Below, one piece after another: positions 56,338 through 64,000 of a stretch of DNA of 64,000 nucleotides. The first letter of the stretch is position 1; each line of letters begins with the position of its first letter. The notes below the pieces were generated by a model. The model searched no databases and was not told the origin of the DNA. It saw only the letters and a list, made by a program, of their open reading frames with translations. Made by a program: the position numbers and the translations under genes. This DNA is from an uncultured delta proteobacterium (lineage in GTDB: Bacteria; Desulfobacterota; Desulfobacteria; Desulfobacterales; JAHEIW01), in the NCBI GenBank assembly GCA_963706575.1, contig CAVPNL010000005.1, positions 224,001 to 288,000 of the forward strand, written 5' to 3'.

Positions 56338-56470
56338 CGCATAGTTCATAGCTCACAGCTCATAGCTCATAGTGGGAAGGCTTTAAAGCTGGGAAGCTGG
56401 AATGCTCGAAGGCTCTAAAGCTCGCAAACTTCCGGCTTTCAGGCCTCCCAGCTTTATAGCCTCCCAGCCT
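56337..56470. repeat. compound 7-8-nt repeat cassette (CATAGCT; GGAAGCTG / CTCCCAGC)
   Basis: catagtt-catagct-cacagct-catagct-catag then ggaaggct/gggaagct and cttccggct/ctcccagct arms. Confidence 0.7.
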
Positions 56471-56472
56471 AT

Positions 56473-56766
56473 TTAAGGTTTAATTCTTTCCAGTACCTCC
56501 CCGTTTTCGTTCAGCAGAAAAATCATAAAGCCGCCGGTTGCGGCATCTTTTGAAAGCTCTTCAAATAAGATGGCCTGCACCTCATATTTGCGTCCTTTCT
56601 GGCGGGGCATATCCATGAAGCATTGTTGCGCCTCTTCTTTTGAATGAAAAGCGGGAATAAATGAAACATTTTCCTGCTCATTATGCTGGCCCAGGAATTG
56701 CTCCTTTTCACCGGGATCCTGGACAACTACCCACACCCATTTATCTTCAACCTGTTCATTATTCAT
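56473..56766 (-). CDS. hypothetical protein
   Basis: 97-aa ORF, natural composition, follows the Dabb gene. Confidence 0.7.
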   Translation of the reverse strand: MNNEQVEDKWVWVVVQDPGEKEQFLGQHNEQENVSFIPAFHSKEEAQQCFMDMPRQKGRKYEVQAILFEELSKDAATGGFMIFLLNENGEVLERIKP

Positions 56767-56787
56767 ATTTACTCTTTCTTTGGCGGA

Positions 56788-57141
56788 TTAAACCCGGCCT
56801 AAACGGCTCAGTAGTGCGCCCTCCTCGTCCTTTTCTAGATTGCCGGCATCGGTTCCTTCAAAATCGACGACTAGAATGTTTTCAGTCAGGGTTGTTATTT
56901 TTTGCAGGACCTTCAGATGCGCCGGGTGCTCCTGGTAGCGTTTCACAGCTTCCAGGTTGGCAAAAAGAGAAACCAGCGCGAAGTCATATGATTTTTCAGA
57001 ATGGACCCGGTCACGACCAAATTCGTAGGTTTGAATCTCAACAATTTTATTGGGAAGATCATTCAGGCTTTTTTCGAGATCATCGATGGCATCATCGCTG
57101 ACATCGGGTTTGAATTTCAACAGAACGACATGATTGATCAT
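56788..57141 (-). CDS. Dabb (stress-responsive A/B barrel) protein
   Basis: MINHVVLLKFK...YQEHPAH...VVDFE. Confidence 0.9.
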   Translation of the reverse strand: MINHVVLLKFKPDVSDDAIDDLEKSLNDLPNKIVEIQTYEFGRDRVHSEKSYDFALVSLFANLEAVKRYQEHPAHLKVLQKITTLTENILVVDFEGTDAGNLEKDEEGALLSRLGRV

Positions 57142-57326
57142 CTTGACCTCTCCTTTGTTTGCACTGCATCAGACAGCAACACCTCTCTTTTAGCTTAATT
57201 TGCTGCGGTTTTTATTAGCACGAAGGGCACAAAGATGCACGAAGGTCAAAAAAAATCGTAATGTTTTTCTTAGTGAACTTCGTGGTAAGAGTTGATCTTT
57301 ATAACACTTTTCATAGTTAGGTGTAT

Positions 57327-57704
57327 TCAGGCGAACAATATATAAAATGTTACGGCTGCTTGAATCGTGGATACCCCCAGCATCAAGGCTAAAATGAACC
57401 GCGATATGGGGGTATTGAATTCATGCCGGCCCTTTCGAATAAAGGCCGTATGAATACAAAAAGCGAAAATACCACCGGCACTGAGAATCAGAGATGCGAT
57501 GAGACCGAGAAACGATTGCTCCGCAACCAAAACCAAGCCATATAAAATTAGAAAAAGAAGTGGAAAATGTAGAATCAAAAACCCGCTGATGCCGCCGGGC
57601 AATTTGAAAAGCTCCCACTCTTTCCAGAAAGCGGAGTCGATTTCATGGATAATTAATAGTATCGCATTCGTCAAGTAAAGCCAGAACAAAGCCTTTGTAG
57701 CCAT
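57327..57704 (-). CDS. membrane protein with HEIDS motif (DUF6713-like)
   Basis: LLIIHEIDSAFWKEWELFKLPGG; four TM segments. Confidence 0.65.
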   Translation of the reverse strand: MATKALFWLYLTNAILLIIHEIDSAFWKEWELFKLPGGISGFLILHFPLLFLILYGLVLVAEQSFLGLIASLILSAGGIFAFCIHTAFIRKGRHEFNTPISRFILALMLGVSTIQAAVTFYILFA

Positions 57705-57833
57705 AAACGCTAACGCTCCACTTCTAAAAGATATTGGGCCAAAAGACATTTTTGAGATGGGTTCTGGATAAGGTACCGCTCATCATGATTTGATGCAATC
57801 GAATTTTGCAGACAGGAGTTGGAGAAATATCAA

Positions 57834-58032
57834 AACCTATCTCAAAAATGCATCTGATACCCAATGGCGGTGTTGCCCCGCTAAGCGGGATTCGCATCTG
57901 ATTTTTTTAAATTAAGGTGCAGCACAAACCTCCGTAAAATGCTCACATACTTACATGTATGCTGAGAACAACGACTTTTGCGTCGGCTTGCGCCTTGCCT
58001 TTGGGCATGATCTGCGATTTTTGAGATAGGTT
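57834..58032. repeat. ~200-nt self-complementary repeat element, copy 2
   Basis: Perfect 16-bp terminal inverted repeat AACCTATCTCAAAAAT; core shared with 25217-25420. Confidence 0.85.
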
Positions 58033-58106
58033 ATAATTTAATGAAGCAAAGCGGGTATTCAGAAATGGAGGCTGCTAATCAGTATCCGGTGGCGCGCTTG
58101 TCAATC

Positions 58107-58628
58107 CTAATTTTGCAATGCTTGTTCATACTCCGCGACAGAGTAACCTGCAATCCCCTGGCCATTAATCACGACATAGGGTACCGCCATCCGGCTTGTA
58201 AATGATCTCATGCGGGCGGCGGCCTGCTGATCCTTTTCGATATCGAAGGTAACAAAATCGATTCCTCGTGAGCGGAAAAAATTTTTGGCCTTTTTACAAT
58301 AGACGCACCAGCTGGTTTCATATATCTCTACGGTTGGGGTATTTACGGCGACTTCCTCTTCCTGAGTTTCATCCAGGATATTAAAAAAATCAGAATCCAG
58401 GGCCCCCTTTTGGGTGGCATCCGGCAATGGGGGGGTATTTACAGGGACCGGGTCGGCAGATTGAATTTCATCCTCTTCAGTTGCAGTGGATTCAATCATA
58501 TCCTGGGTTGGAGAATCTGAATAATGAGTGACCCCATTTTCATCAACCCATTTGTAAATTTCAGCTGAGGAAATTCCGAGAGCTAAAATGTAAATAAAAA
58601 TGACCCAGATAATTTTTTTGGCTTTCAT
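58107..58628 (-). CDS. exported DUF4124 + glutaredoxin-like protein
   Basis: AEIYKWVDENGVTHYSDSP; YETSWCVYC; VP..VING..IAGY. Confidence 0.85.
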   Translation of the reverse strand: MKAKKIIWVIFIYILALGISSAEIYKWVDENGVTHYSDSPTQDMIESTATEEDEIQSADPVPVNTPPLPDATQKGALDSDFFNILDETQEEEVAVNTPTVEIYETSWCVYCKKAKNFFRSRGIDFVTFDIEKDQQAAARMRSFTSRMAVPYVVINGQGIAGYSVAEYEQALQN

Positions 58629-58776
58629 AATACCGATTCCTCCGGCGCCGGGCATGATGCACGTTTTGGCTGTTTAGCGCAGCGCAAATTATACCGCTTA
58701 ATTGTTCTATCGGCTTTATTGCAGGGATGGTTGAGAAAAACCTGGTGGGATCTGAGCAATTTAAGTCACAAATACC

Positions 58777-59247
58777 TTATTTCGTTGAAGATATGGGTTT
58801 TTTAGCTTTCTCCCGGCCATTTCGCTGCCAGTCGATTTGGTTGTTAATTTCACTCAGTATAAAAGTACTTTTGAGGCTTTGGGCGATTTCCATCGCACTG
58901 GGCTCTTCTCCCGTGGCATCTTTCACAAAGCGCCGTAGCGTAGTGATGGCGTCGTGCACGTTTTTGTAAAAAAGACCGACTCTGGCCAAACTGTTTTTGG
59001 ACGGCCCCGCCATCAGGTTTAATTTCCAAAACATATCCCGTGACACGATTTCGGCGGGTTGCGGTGAGACCTGTTTTTTTCGTTGAAATTTAATCTGATT
59101 GCCAATTTCATTCATTATAAAATAGCTTTTGAAGGCATTTGCGATCTCTTCCTGGGTGGGTTCGTCACCGGTCGTATCTCTTACGGATTTTAACACCGTC
59201 AAAATCGCATCTGTTATGGTACCCCTTAGTCGAACCAGTTTTGCCAA
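58777..59247 (-). CDS. hypothetical protein with two homologous helical domains
   Basis: DA...V.D.TG.EP...EIA...KS.FI..EI.NQI..QR occurs twice. Confidence 0.7.
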   Translation of the reverse strand: MAKLVRLRGTITDAILTVLKSVRDTTGDEPTQEEIANAFKSYFIMNEIGNQIKFQRKKQVSPQPAEIVSRDMFWKLNLMAGPSKNSLARVGLFYKNVHDAITTLRRFVKDATGEEPSAMEIAQSLKSTFILSEINNQIDWQRNGREKAKKPISSTK

Positions 59248-59446
59248 AATTCACCTCTATGCGCGCCCAACACAATAGGCCCAAAATCTTTAAACTATAT
59301 ATAAAAAATATAGAAATTTTAAATAGTTGTCAAGGGTATCCTTGCACAGCATCAGGCGGTTTTAATCAGGATGTCAGGGAGGGGTACCGGCTGCGGGCAA
59401 TGCAGATACACGCCGGACAGCTGCAGGAACATACGATTCTGCCGGT

Positions 59447-59480
59447 AAAAACGGGCGAGAGAATCTCCCGCCCGTTTTTG
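59447..59480. terminator. bidirectional intrinsic terminator
   Basis: aaaaacgggcgagag-aat-ctcccgcccgttttt. Confidence 0.75.
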
Positions 59481-59612
59481 ATTGCGCCCGTGCAACCTTA
59501 TGCCATACGGCACCGGTGATTTGTCGTTATCGATAATGGATAGAGGATAACGGAAAATGGATAGCGGATCGACAAAAGCCTGTTTTCCTGAGATCCAGGT
59601 GAGCTTCACTTC

Positions 59613-59897
59613 TCATTGAGCCATGAGTGACCCGATGATTTGGACGATCACGGGAAAACCTGCTACCATTTCCGGTATTTTTGCTTCAATTTCAGGATTT
59701 GATGCGTCCAAACCCACGATGATCGCTTGATTGCCGTTTGGGTCCAGGCCAATCCCGACTGAAACAACGCCCGGCATATCTAAAAAACGTGCTTCGTGCT
59801 GTTTTTTAACTTCCTGAATCGATGGTGACATGCCCAGATCATCTCCCAGCGCCAGCCAGGGGGTCATGAGTACGATAGTCAGGGCGATCGTTCTCAT
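59613..59897 (-). CDS. small exported protein resembling the N-terminal domain of the adjacent protease
   Basis: Signal peptide; LDMPGVVSVGIG...IPEMVAGFPV; ATGA overlap with protease stop. Confidence 0.7.
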   Translation of the reverse strand: MRTIALTIVLMTPWLALGDDLGMSPSIQEVKKQHEARFLDMPGVVSVGIGLDPNGNQAIIVGLDASNPEIEAKIPEMVAGFPVIVQIIGSLMAQ

Positions 59898-60892
59898 AGT
59901 GAAAGTCCCAGGGCGCTAAATACATTTTCGATGCGGTTGATAATGGTGGTTGTATCACTGCCCGCAAATAAAAGCCCGGTCAAGCGGTTATTGTCGTCCA
60001 GAACAGCCGAGCCACTATCTCCACCCTGGCTCATGGCACCGGCCAGCAGCTGATCGGTGAATACGGCAATCTGCCCCGGGCCGTACTGGACATTGGCGGT
60101 AACATCGACCTGTTGAATTTCACCGGATGTAAAGCCGGTCGTGCGCCCGCTTTTTTTGACTGTCATGCCCAGTTCCCCCTGAACGGTTGCCTGGATCGGT
60201 CCGATATTGATTATTTCATCCTTTACATCGGCTGCATTCAGCGGCGTAGCAATGGCGGCATCCACCAGATTGTCTTCAGCCTGTATTTGGGTCACTTTAT
60301 AACGAGTATTGCTGCCAATCATCCGGCACCCCAAGTTAAAAACGGAGATGACCGCATTGGCAAATTGACATTGACTGGGTTCACCCTGAAATGAAATGGG
60401 GACGAATTGCGCCAGATTTGCGATGTGATCCTGGGGGAAACTGCCGCCATCAAAGGGGCCGGGCTGTAGGATGGCGTCTCCGATTTCGGCATCATTGCTG
60501 TTTGCCAGCACGTGGTTGTTGGATAAAATAGCTTTCTGGCCGTTTTTCATCACCCAGCATCCTAGTGTCCCTGCGGTAATGGCTACATGGCCGACGCTGA
60601 CGCCACCGGGTGCCGGGCGAAAGCGATCGGTGGGTGCTTGAAGCGCTCGGATCACACCGGTTTGCACGACATCAGTGGGGGTACCCTCAACGGTTGCCGG
60701 TACCAGATCTTGCCCGGATAGCTGCGACGCCGGGACTTTTTCTTTTACCGAACAGACGATGCAAAGCGTATCTGTTTTTATGCCGCCGGTTTGTTTATAG
60801 CCGATTCCGGTGGCCACAACATGGGCCCGTTTTAAGAGCTGCTTGCGTTGGGAGCTTAAAATGACCTGGATTCGATTTAAATCATCTGCCAT
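59894..60892 (-). CDS. trypsin-like serine protease (Nal1-like)
   Basis: GTLGC, SNNHV (His), VDAAIA (Asp), KSGRTTG, GGDSGS (Ser). Confidence 0.85.
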   Translation of the reverse strand: MADDLNRIQVILSSQRKQLLKRAHVVATGIGYKQTGGIKTDTLCIVCSVKEKVPASQLSGQDLVPATVEGTPTDVVQTGVIRALQAPTDRFRPAPGGVSVGHVAITAGTLGCWVMKNGQKAILSNNHVLANSNDAEIGDAILQPGPFDGGSFPQDHIANLAQFVPISFQGEPSQCQFANAVISVFNLGCRMIGSNTRYKVTQIQAEDNLVDAAIATPLNAADVKDEIINIGPIQATVQGELGMTVKKSGRTTGFTSGEIQQVDVTANVQYGPGQIAVFTDQLLAGAMSQGGDSGSAVLDDNNRLTGLLFAGSDTTTIINRIENVFSALGLSL

Positions 60893-61201
60893 GATGTCCT
60901 CCTTTCAGCATATTAAATGCATCTATATGACCATATGACGGATGGGATTGAATTCCTGTTTTGAGCACCTTAATGCGCGTGACGCCTTCAGACGGGAAAG
61001 CTATGGCTCAAAATCATAATGCCAACATAACTATATATCAACAATAATTTTGTTTGAGTTTCCGGATACGTTCAGTGATTTAATAATTTTAAATTAAGCA
61101 AGAAAAACAGGATGTTGGGCCACTGTTGATTGAAGAATTTGGAAAAGAGCCTTTGCGCAAAATTGCAAAAAAAGGCGGGATTTGGAGCGGAACCAACTGA
61201 A

Positions 61202-62452
61202 TCAGCTGTCTTGCGTTCGCCTTTTATCCGGGAGGATAAGGTTTAAAATTACGCCGGTTAGCGTTGCCAGCGCCACGCCCTTCAATGTCAGCGCTCCGGC
61301 TGAAAAAGTGATTCCTCCGATTCCGCTAACCAAAATGAACAGCACAATCAGTATGTTTCTGAATTCCATTAATTCGGACTGGACCTTCAGCAGGCATTTG
61401 ATGCCCACCACCACCAGTACACCGAAGAATAAAATCAGAATGCCGCCGCTAACCGGGTCGGGAATGGATTGGATCAGGGCGCTCAATTTACCCAAAAAGG
61501 ACAGCGCCATGGCAAACAGGGCAGCCCAAACCATTACCGCCGGCTGCCACTTTTTGAAGACGGTCACTGCGCCGGTAATTTCGGCATAAATGCGAACCGG
61601 GGGACCGCCGAAAAGGGCAGCGATTGTGTTTGCCGCGCCGTTGCCCAGCAATGTACGATGGATACCGGGTTCTTTCAGGTAATCCTTTTCTGTAGCCTCA
61701 CCAATGACCAAGATATCCCCAAAATGTGCGATGAGCGGTGCAACTGCCGCCGGTATAAGAAAAGCAACGGCATCGATGTTGAATTGCGGGACTGCAAATT
61801 TGGGGATCGCAATCCACGGTGCGTCGGCAACGATTGAAAAATCGATGATTCCAAATGGGATCGAGACCAAATATCCGGCGATCAGCCCGCAAATAACGGG
61901 GATGAGTTTAAGGATGCCCCGGGCCATCAGGAAGATTACAGTGGTTGTTGCCAGCGATATCACGGCAATCAGCAACCCGACTCTTTGCGGTATGACATAC
62001 GCGGGATTCGATTTGCCCAGGGCCATGGAAACCGCCACTGGAACGAGCATGAGCCCGATGACCATAATAATCGGTCCGACGACAACCGGCGGAAATATGC
62101 TCTGAATGATTTTACGGCCTTTCCAGTAAAAAATTCCGCCGGTAGCCATATAAACAACGCCGCCGGCGACCAGTCCGCCAAGGGTGGCTGGAATACCCCA
62201 TGTTTGGGTTGCTACCATAATCGGTGCGGTATAGGCAAATGATGACGCCAGGAAAACCGGGATTTGCTTTTTGGTGAAGAAATGAAAGACGAGAGTTGCA
62301 ACGCCGGCGGTAAATAATGCAACAGCGGGATCCAGCCCCGTGAGAATGGGTACTGTGATAAGTGCGCCAAATGCGACCAAAAGAATTTGGATGCTGAAAA
62401 GATGGTCTTGATAGCTCAGCTTATAAGCTGTGATCCAGTTTTTTGCGGCCAT
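61202..62452 (-). CDS. uraA: uracil/xanthine permease (NCS2)
   Basis: QILLVAFGA, FLASSFA, PPVVVGP; downstream of upp. Confidence 0.85.
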   Translation of the reverse strand: MAAKNWITAYKLSYQDHLFSIQILLVAFGALITVPILTGLDPAVALFTAGVATLVFHFFTKKQIPVFLASSFAYTAPIMVATQTWGIPATLGGLVAGGVVYMATGGIFYWKGRKIIQSIFPPVVVGPIIMVIGLMLVPVAVSMALGKSNPAYVIPQRVGLLIAVISLATTTVIFLMARGILKLIPVICGLIAGYLVSIPFGIIDFSIVADAPWIAIPKFAVPQFNIDAVAFLIPAAVAPLIAHFGDILVIGEATEKDYLKEPGIHRTLLGNGAANTIAALFGGPPVRIYAEITGAVTVFKKWQPAVMVWAALFAMALSFLGKLSALIQSIPDPVSGGILILFFGVLVVVGIKCLLKVQSELMEFRNILIVLFILVSGIGGITFSAGALTLKGVALATLTGVILNLILPDKRRTQDS

Positions 62453-62526
62453 AGATGCCCTGGTCCCCTGTTGGCTTCAAAGTGGGTTTAGCGAAAGATG
62501 GCACATGGTTCATGGTATCGGACGGC

Positions 62527-63153
62527 TTATTTCGTGCCGAATATTTTATCGCCCGCATCTCCCAGGCCGGGTAATATATATCCGACGTCATTTAGTTTTT
62601 CATCTATCGCCGCCACCCATATTTCTACGTCGGGATGGGCGCTTTGCAGCTTTTCAATCCCTTCCGGTGCGGCAACCATAAATATCCCTTTGATCTGTTT
62701 GCAGCCGGATTCTTTTAAGAGGTCAATTGTTGCAATCACCGTCCCGCCGGTGGCCAGCATGGGGTCAAGAATCAGGGCAATACGTTCTTCCATCTGGCTG
62801 GTCATTTTGACGTAATACCTAACGGGCTCGAGAGTTTCCTCATTGCGGTATAATCCAACAACGCTGACTTTGGCGGTCGGTATAAGATTGAGGACGCCGT
62901 TCATCATGCCGAGCCCGGCCCGCAGGACCGGGACCACAGTGATCTTTTTACCTTTGATTTTTTCAACTTCAACAGAGCCTGCCCAGCCCTCAATGGTAAC
63001 GGCCTCTGTCTCCAAATGTTTAGTGGCTTCATAGGTTAAAAGATTGGCTAGCTCCGAAGCAAGATCTCTAAAATCTTTGGTTGTGATATTATTTTCGCGC
63101 ACAAGTGCTAATTTATGCTTTACTAGGGGGTGATCAACGACATGTACCGGCAC
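62527..63153 (-). CDS. upp: uracil phosphoribosyltransferase
   Basis: [45 protein letters not shown] start with GGAGG. Confidence 0.97.
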   Translation of the reverse strand: MPVHVVDHPLVKHKLALVRENNITTKDFRDLASELANLLTYEATKHLETEAVTIEGWAGSVEVEKIKGKKITVVPVLRAGLGMMNGVLNLIPTAKVSVVGLYRNEETLEPVRYYVKMTSQMEERIALILDPMLATGGTVIATIDLLKESGCKQIKGIFMVAAPEGIEKLQSAHPDVEIWVAAIDEKLNDVGYILPGLGDAGDKIFGTK

Positions 63154-63305
63154 GGCAACCTCCTTCTGTGTCAGGTTAAGGGTGTATGAGGTAACAGGCA
63201 GGACAAAACCGTACAAAAGGTGCAACAATATTGTGAGTCATTAATTGCAGCTTCGTATATGCAATTAATACCCCTGTGTCAAGCAAGAAGAAAATTTAAC
63301 CGGGG

Positions 63306-63608
63306 CTAAAATTCGCCTAAGGGCCGTTTAAAGGTATATGCGGCGGGTTCTTTGACGAGCTTTTTAGTCGCTACATCGACATTGTCGCCCAAGGCAGAGA
63401 ATGGCAGGCTAATGAGCCAAACAGCTGATCCGACGACTGTGGCAACCAATCCGGCAGGTCGGATGATAAACATATCATACATCATCGCGTCGCCGCCGGG
63501 CTCTTGCGTCTCAAAATATTCCTGGGCCAGGGCTGAAGTTGCGAAGGGCACAGCAATCAAGGCTGTGATCACTCCGAAGACTACCCATGATTTTGCATTT
63601 TTTCGCAT
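63306..63608 (-). CDS. small exported/membrane hypothetical protein
   Basis: Signal peptide; D..IIRP.GL....G, SLPFSALG, TFKRPLG; RBS GGAGG. Confidence 0.75.
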   Translation of the reverse strand: MRKNAKSWVVFGVITALIAVPFATSALAQEYFETQEPGGDAMMYDMFIIRPAGLVATVVGSAVWLISLPFSALGDNVDVATKKLVKEPAAYTFKRPLGEF

Positions 63609-63905
63609 AACTGCCTCCTTGTGACATGCATCGACCGGTATTGAAATTTCTTTAGAATTATTTTCGATAGAAACCGTACATGCAAATCAGATAAAGCCGA
63701 CCTGCCGGCCGCCTTCATTTTTAAGATTAGCCGTTAAGAAACAGATAGGGTTGAATCCATTTCAACTCGGCGCTATATTAGATGACATCATTATCAGTAA
63801 ATCAAATTTCTTGAAAAATTTCAACTATTAAACGTTTTTGCACATTACCGGGCAGAATCGCCCGGGCTTTTTTTCATACAAAGCCCGCTGTCCCGCTTTA
63901 TCCAG

Positions 63906-64000
63906 ATGACTGCTAAAAATTCATATATTGAAGTTGCGGTTGCAATACCCGTTAATCATACCTTCACCTACAGTGTTCCGCAGTTCCTATTGCCTTTTGT
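63906..64000 (+). CDS. priA: primosomal protein N', 5' end (partial)
   Basis: MTAKNSYIEVAVAIPVNHTFTYSVP matches the PriA N-terminal V.VA.P....FTY.VP pattern. Confidence 0.65.
   Translation, partial: MTAKNSYIEVAVAIPVNHTFTYSVPQFLLPF

Overview
Chromosomal window from an anaerobic bacterium, most likely a Desulfobacterales-like deltaproteobacterium (inferred from gene content). Many genes between 0.5 and 40.3 kb carry single-base frameshifts that look like long-read assembly errors, so several CDS calls below join ORF fragments. Contents in order: AbiE-type TA remnant; dipeptide ABC operon; an F0-only ATP synthase cluster with a Na+-type c subunit plus a second c subunit of four fused hairpins; a thiol/selenol redox cluster led by a UxxC selenoprotein; a selenocysteine formate dehydrogenase; metK-ahcY; a complete-looking anaerobic nicotinate catabolic cluster with TRAP transporter; liv-type ABC with amino-acid oxidoreductases; assorted small genes; uraA-upp; start of priA. 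Intergenic DNA holds two copies of a ~200-nt self-complementary element with compensatory end changes and about a dozen short-period tandem/inverted repeat cassettes. No rRNA, tRNA, CRISPR array or transposase was seen.
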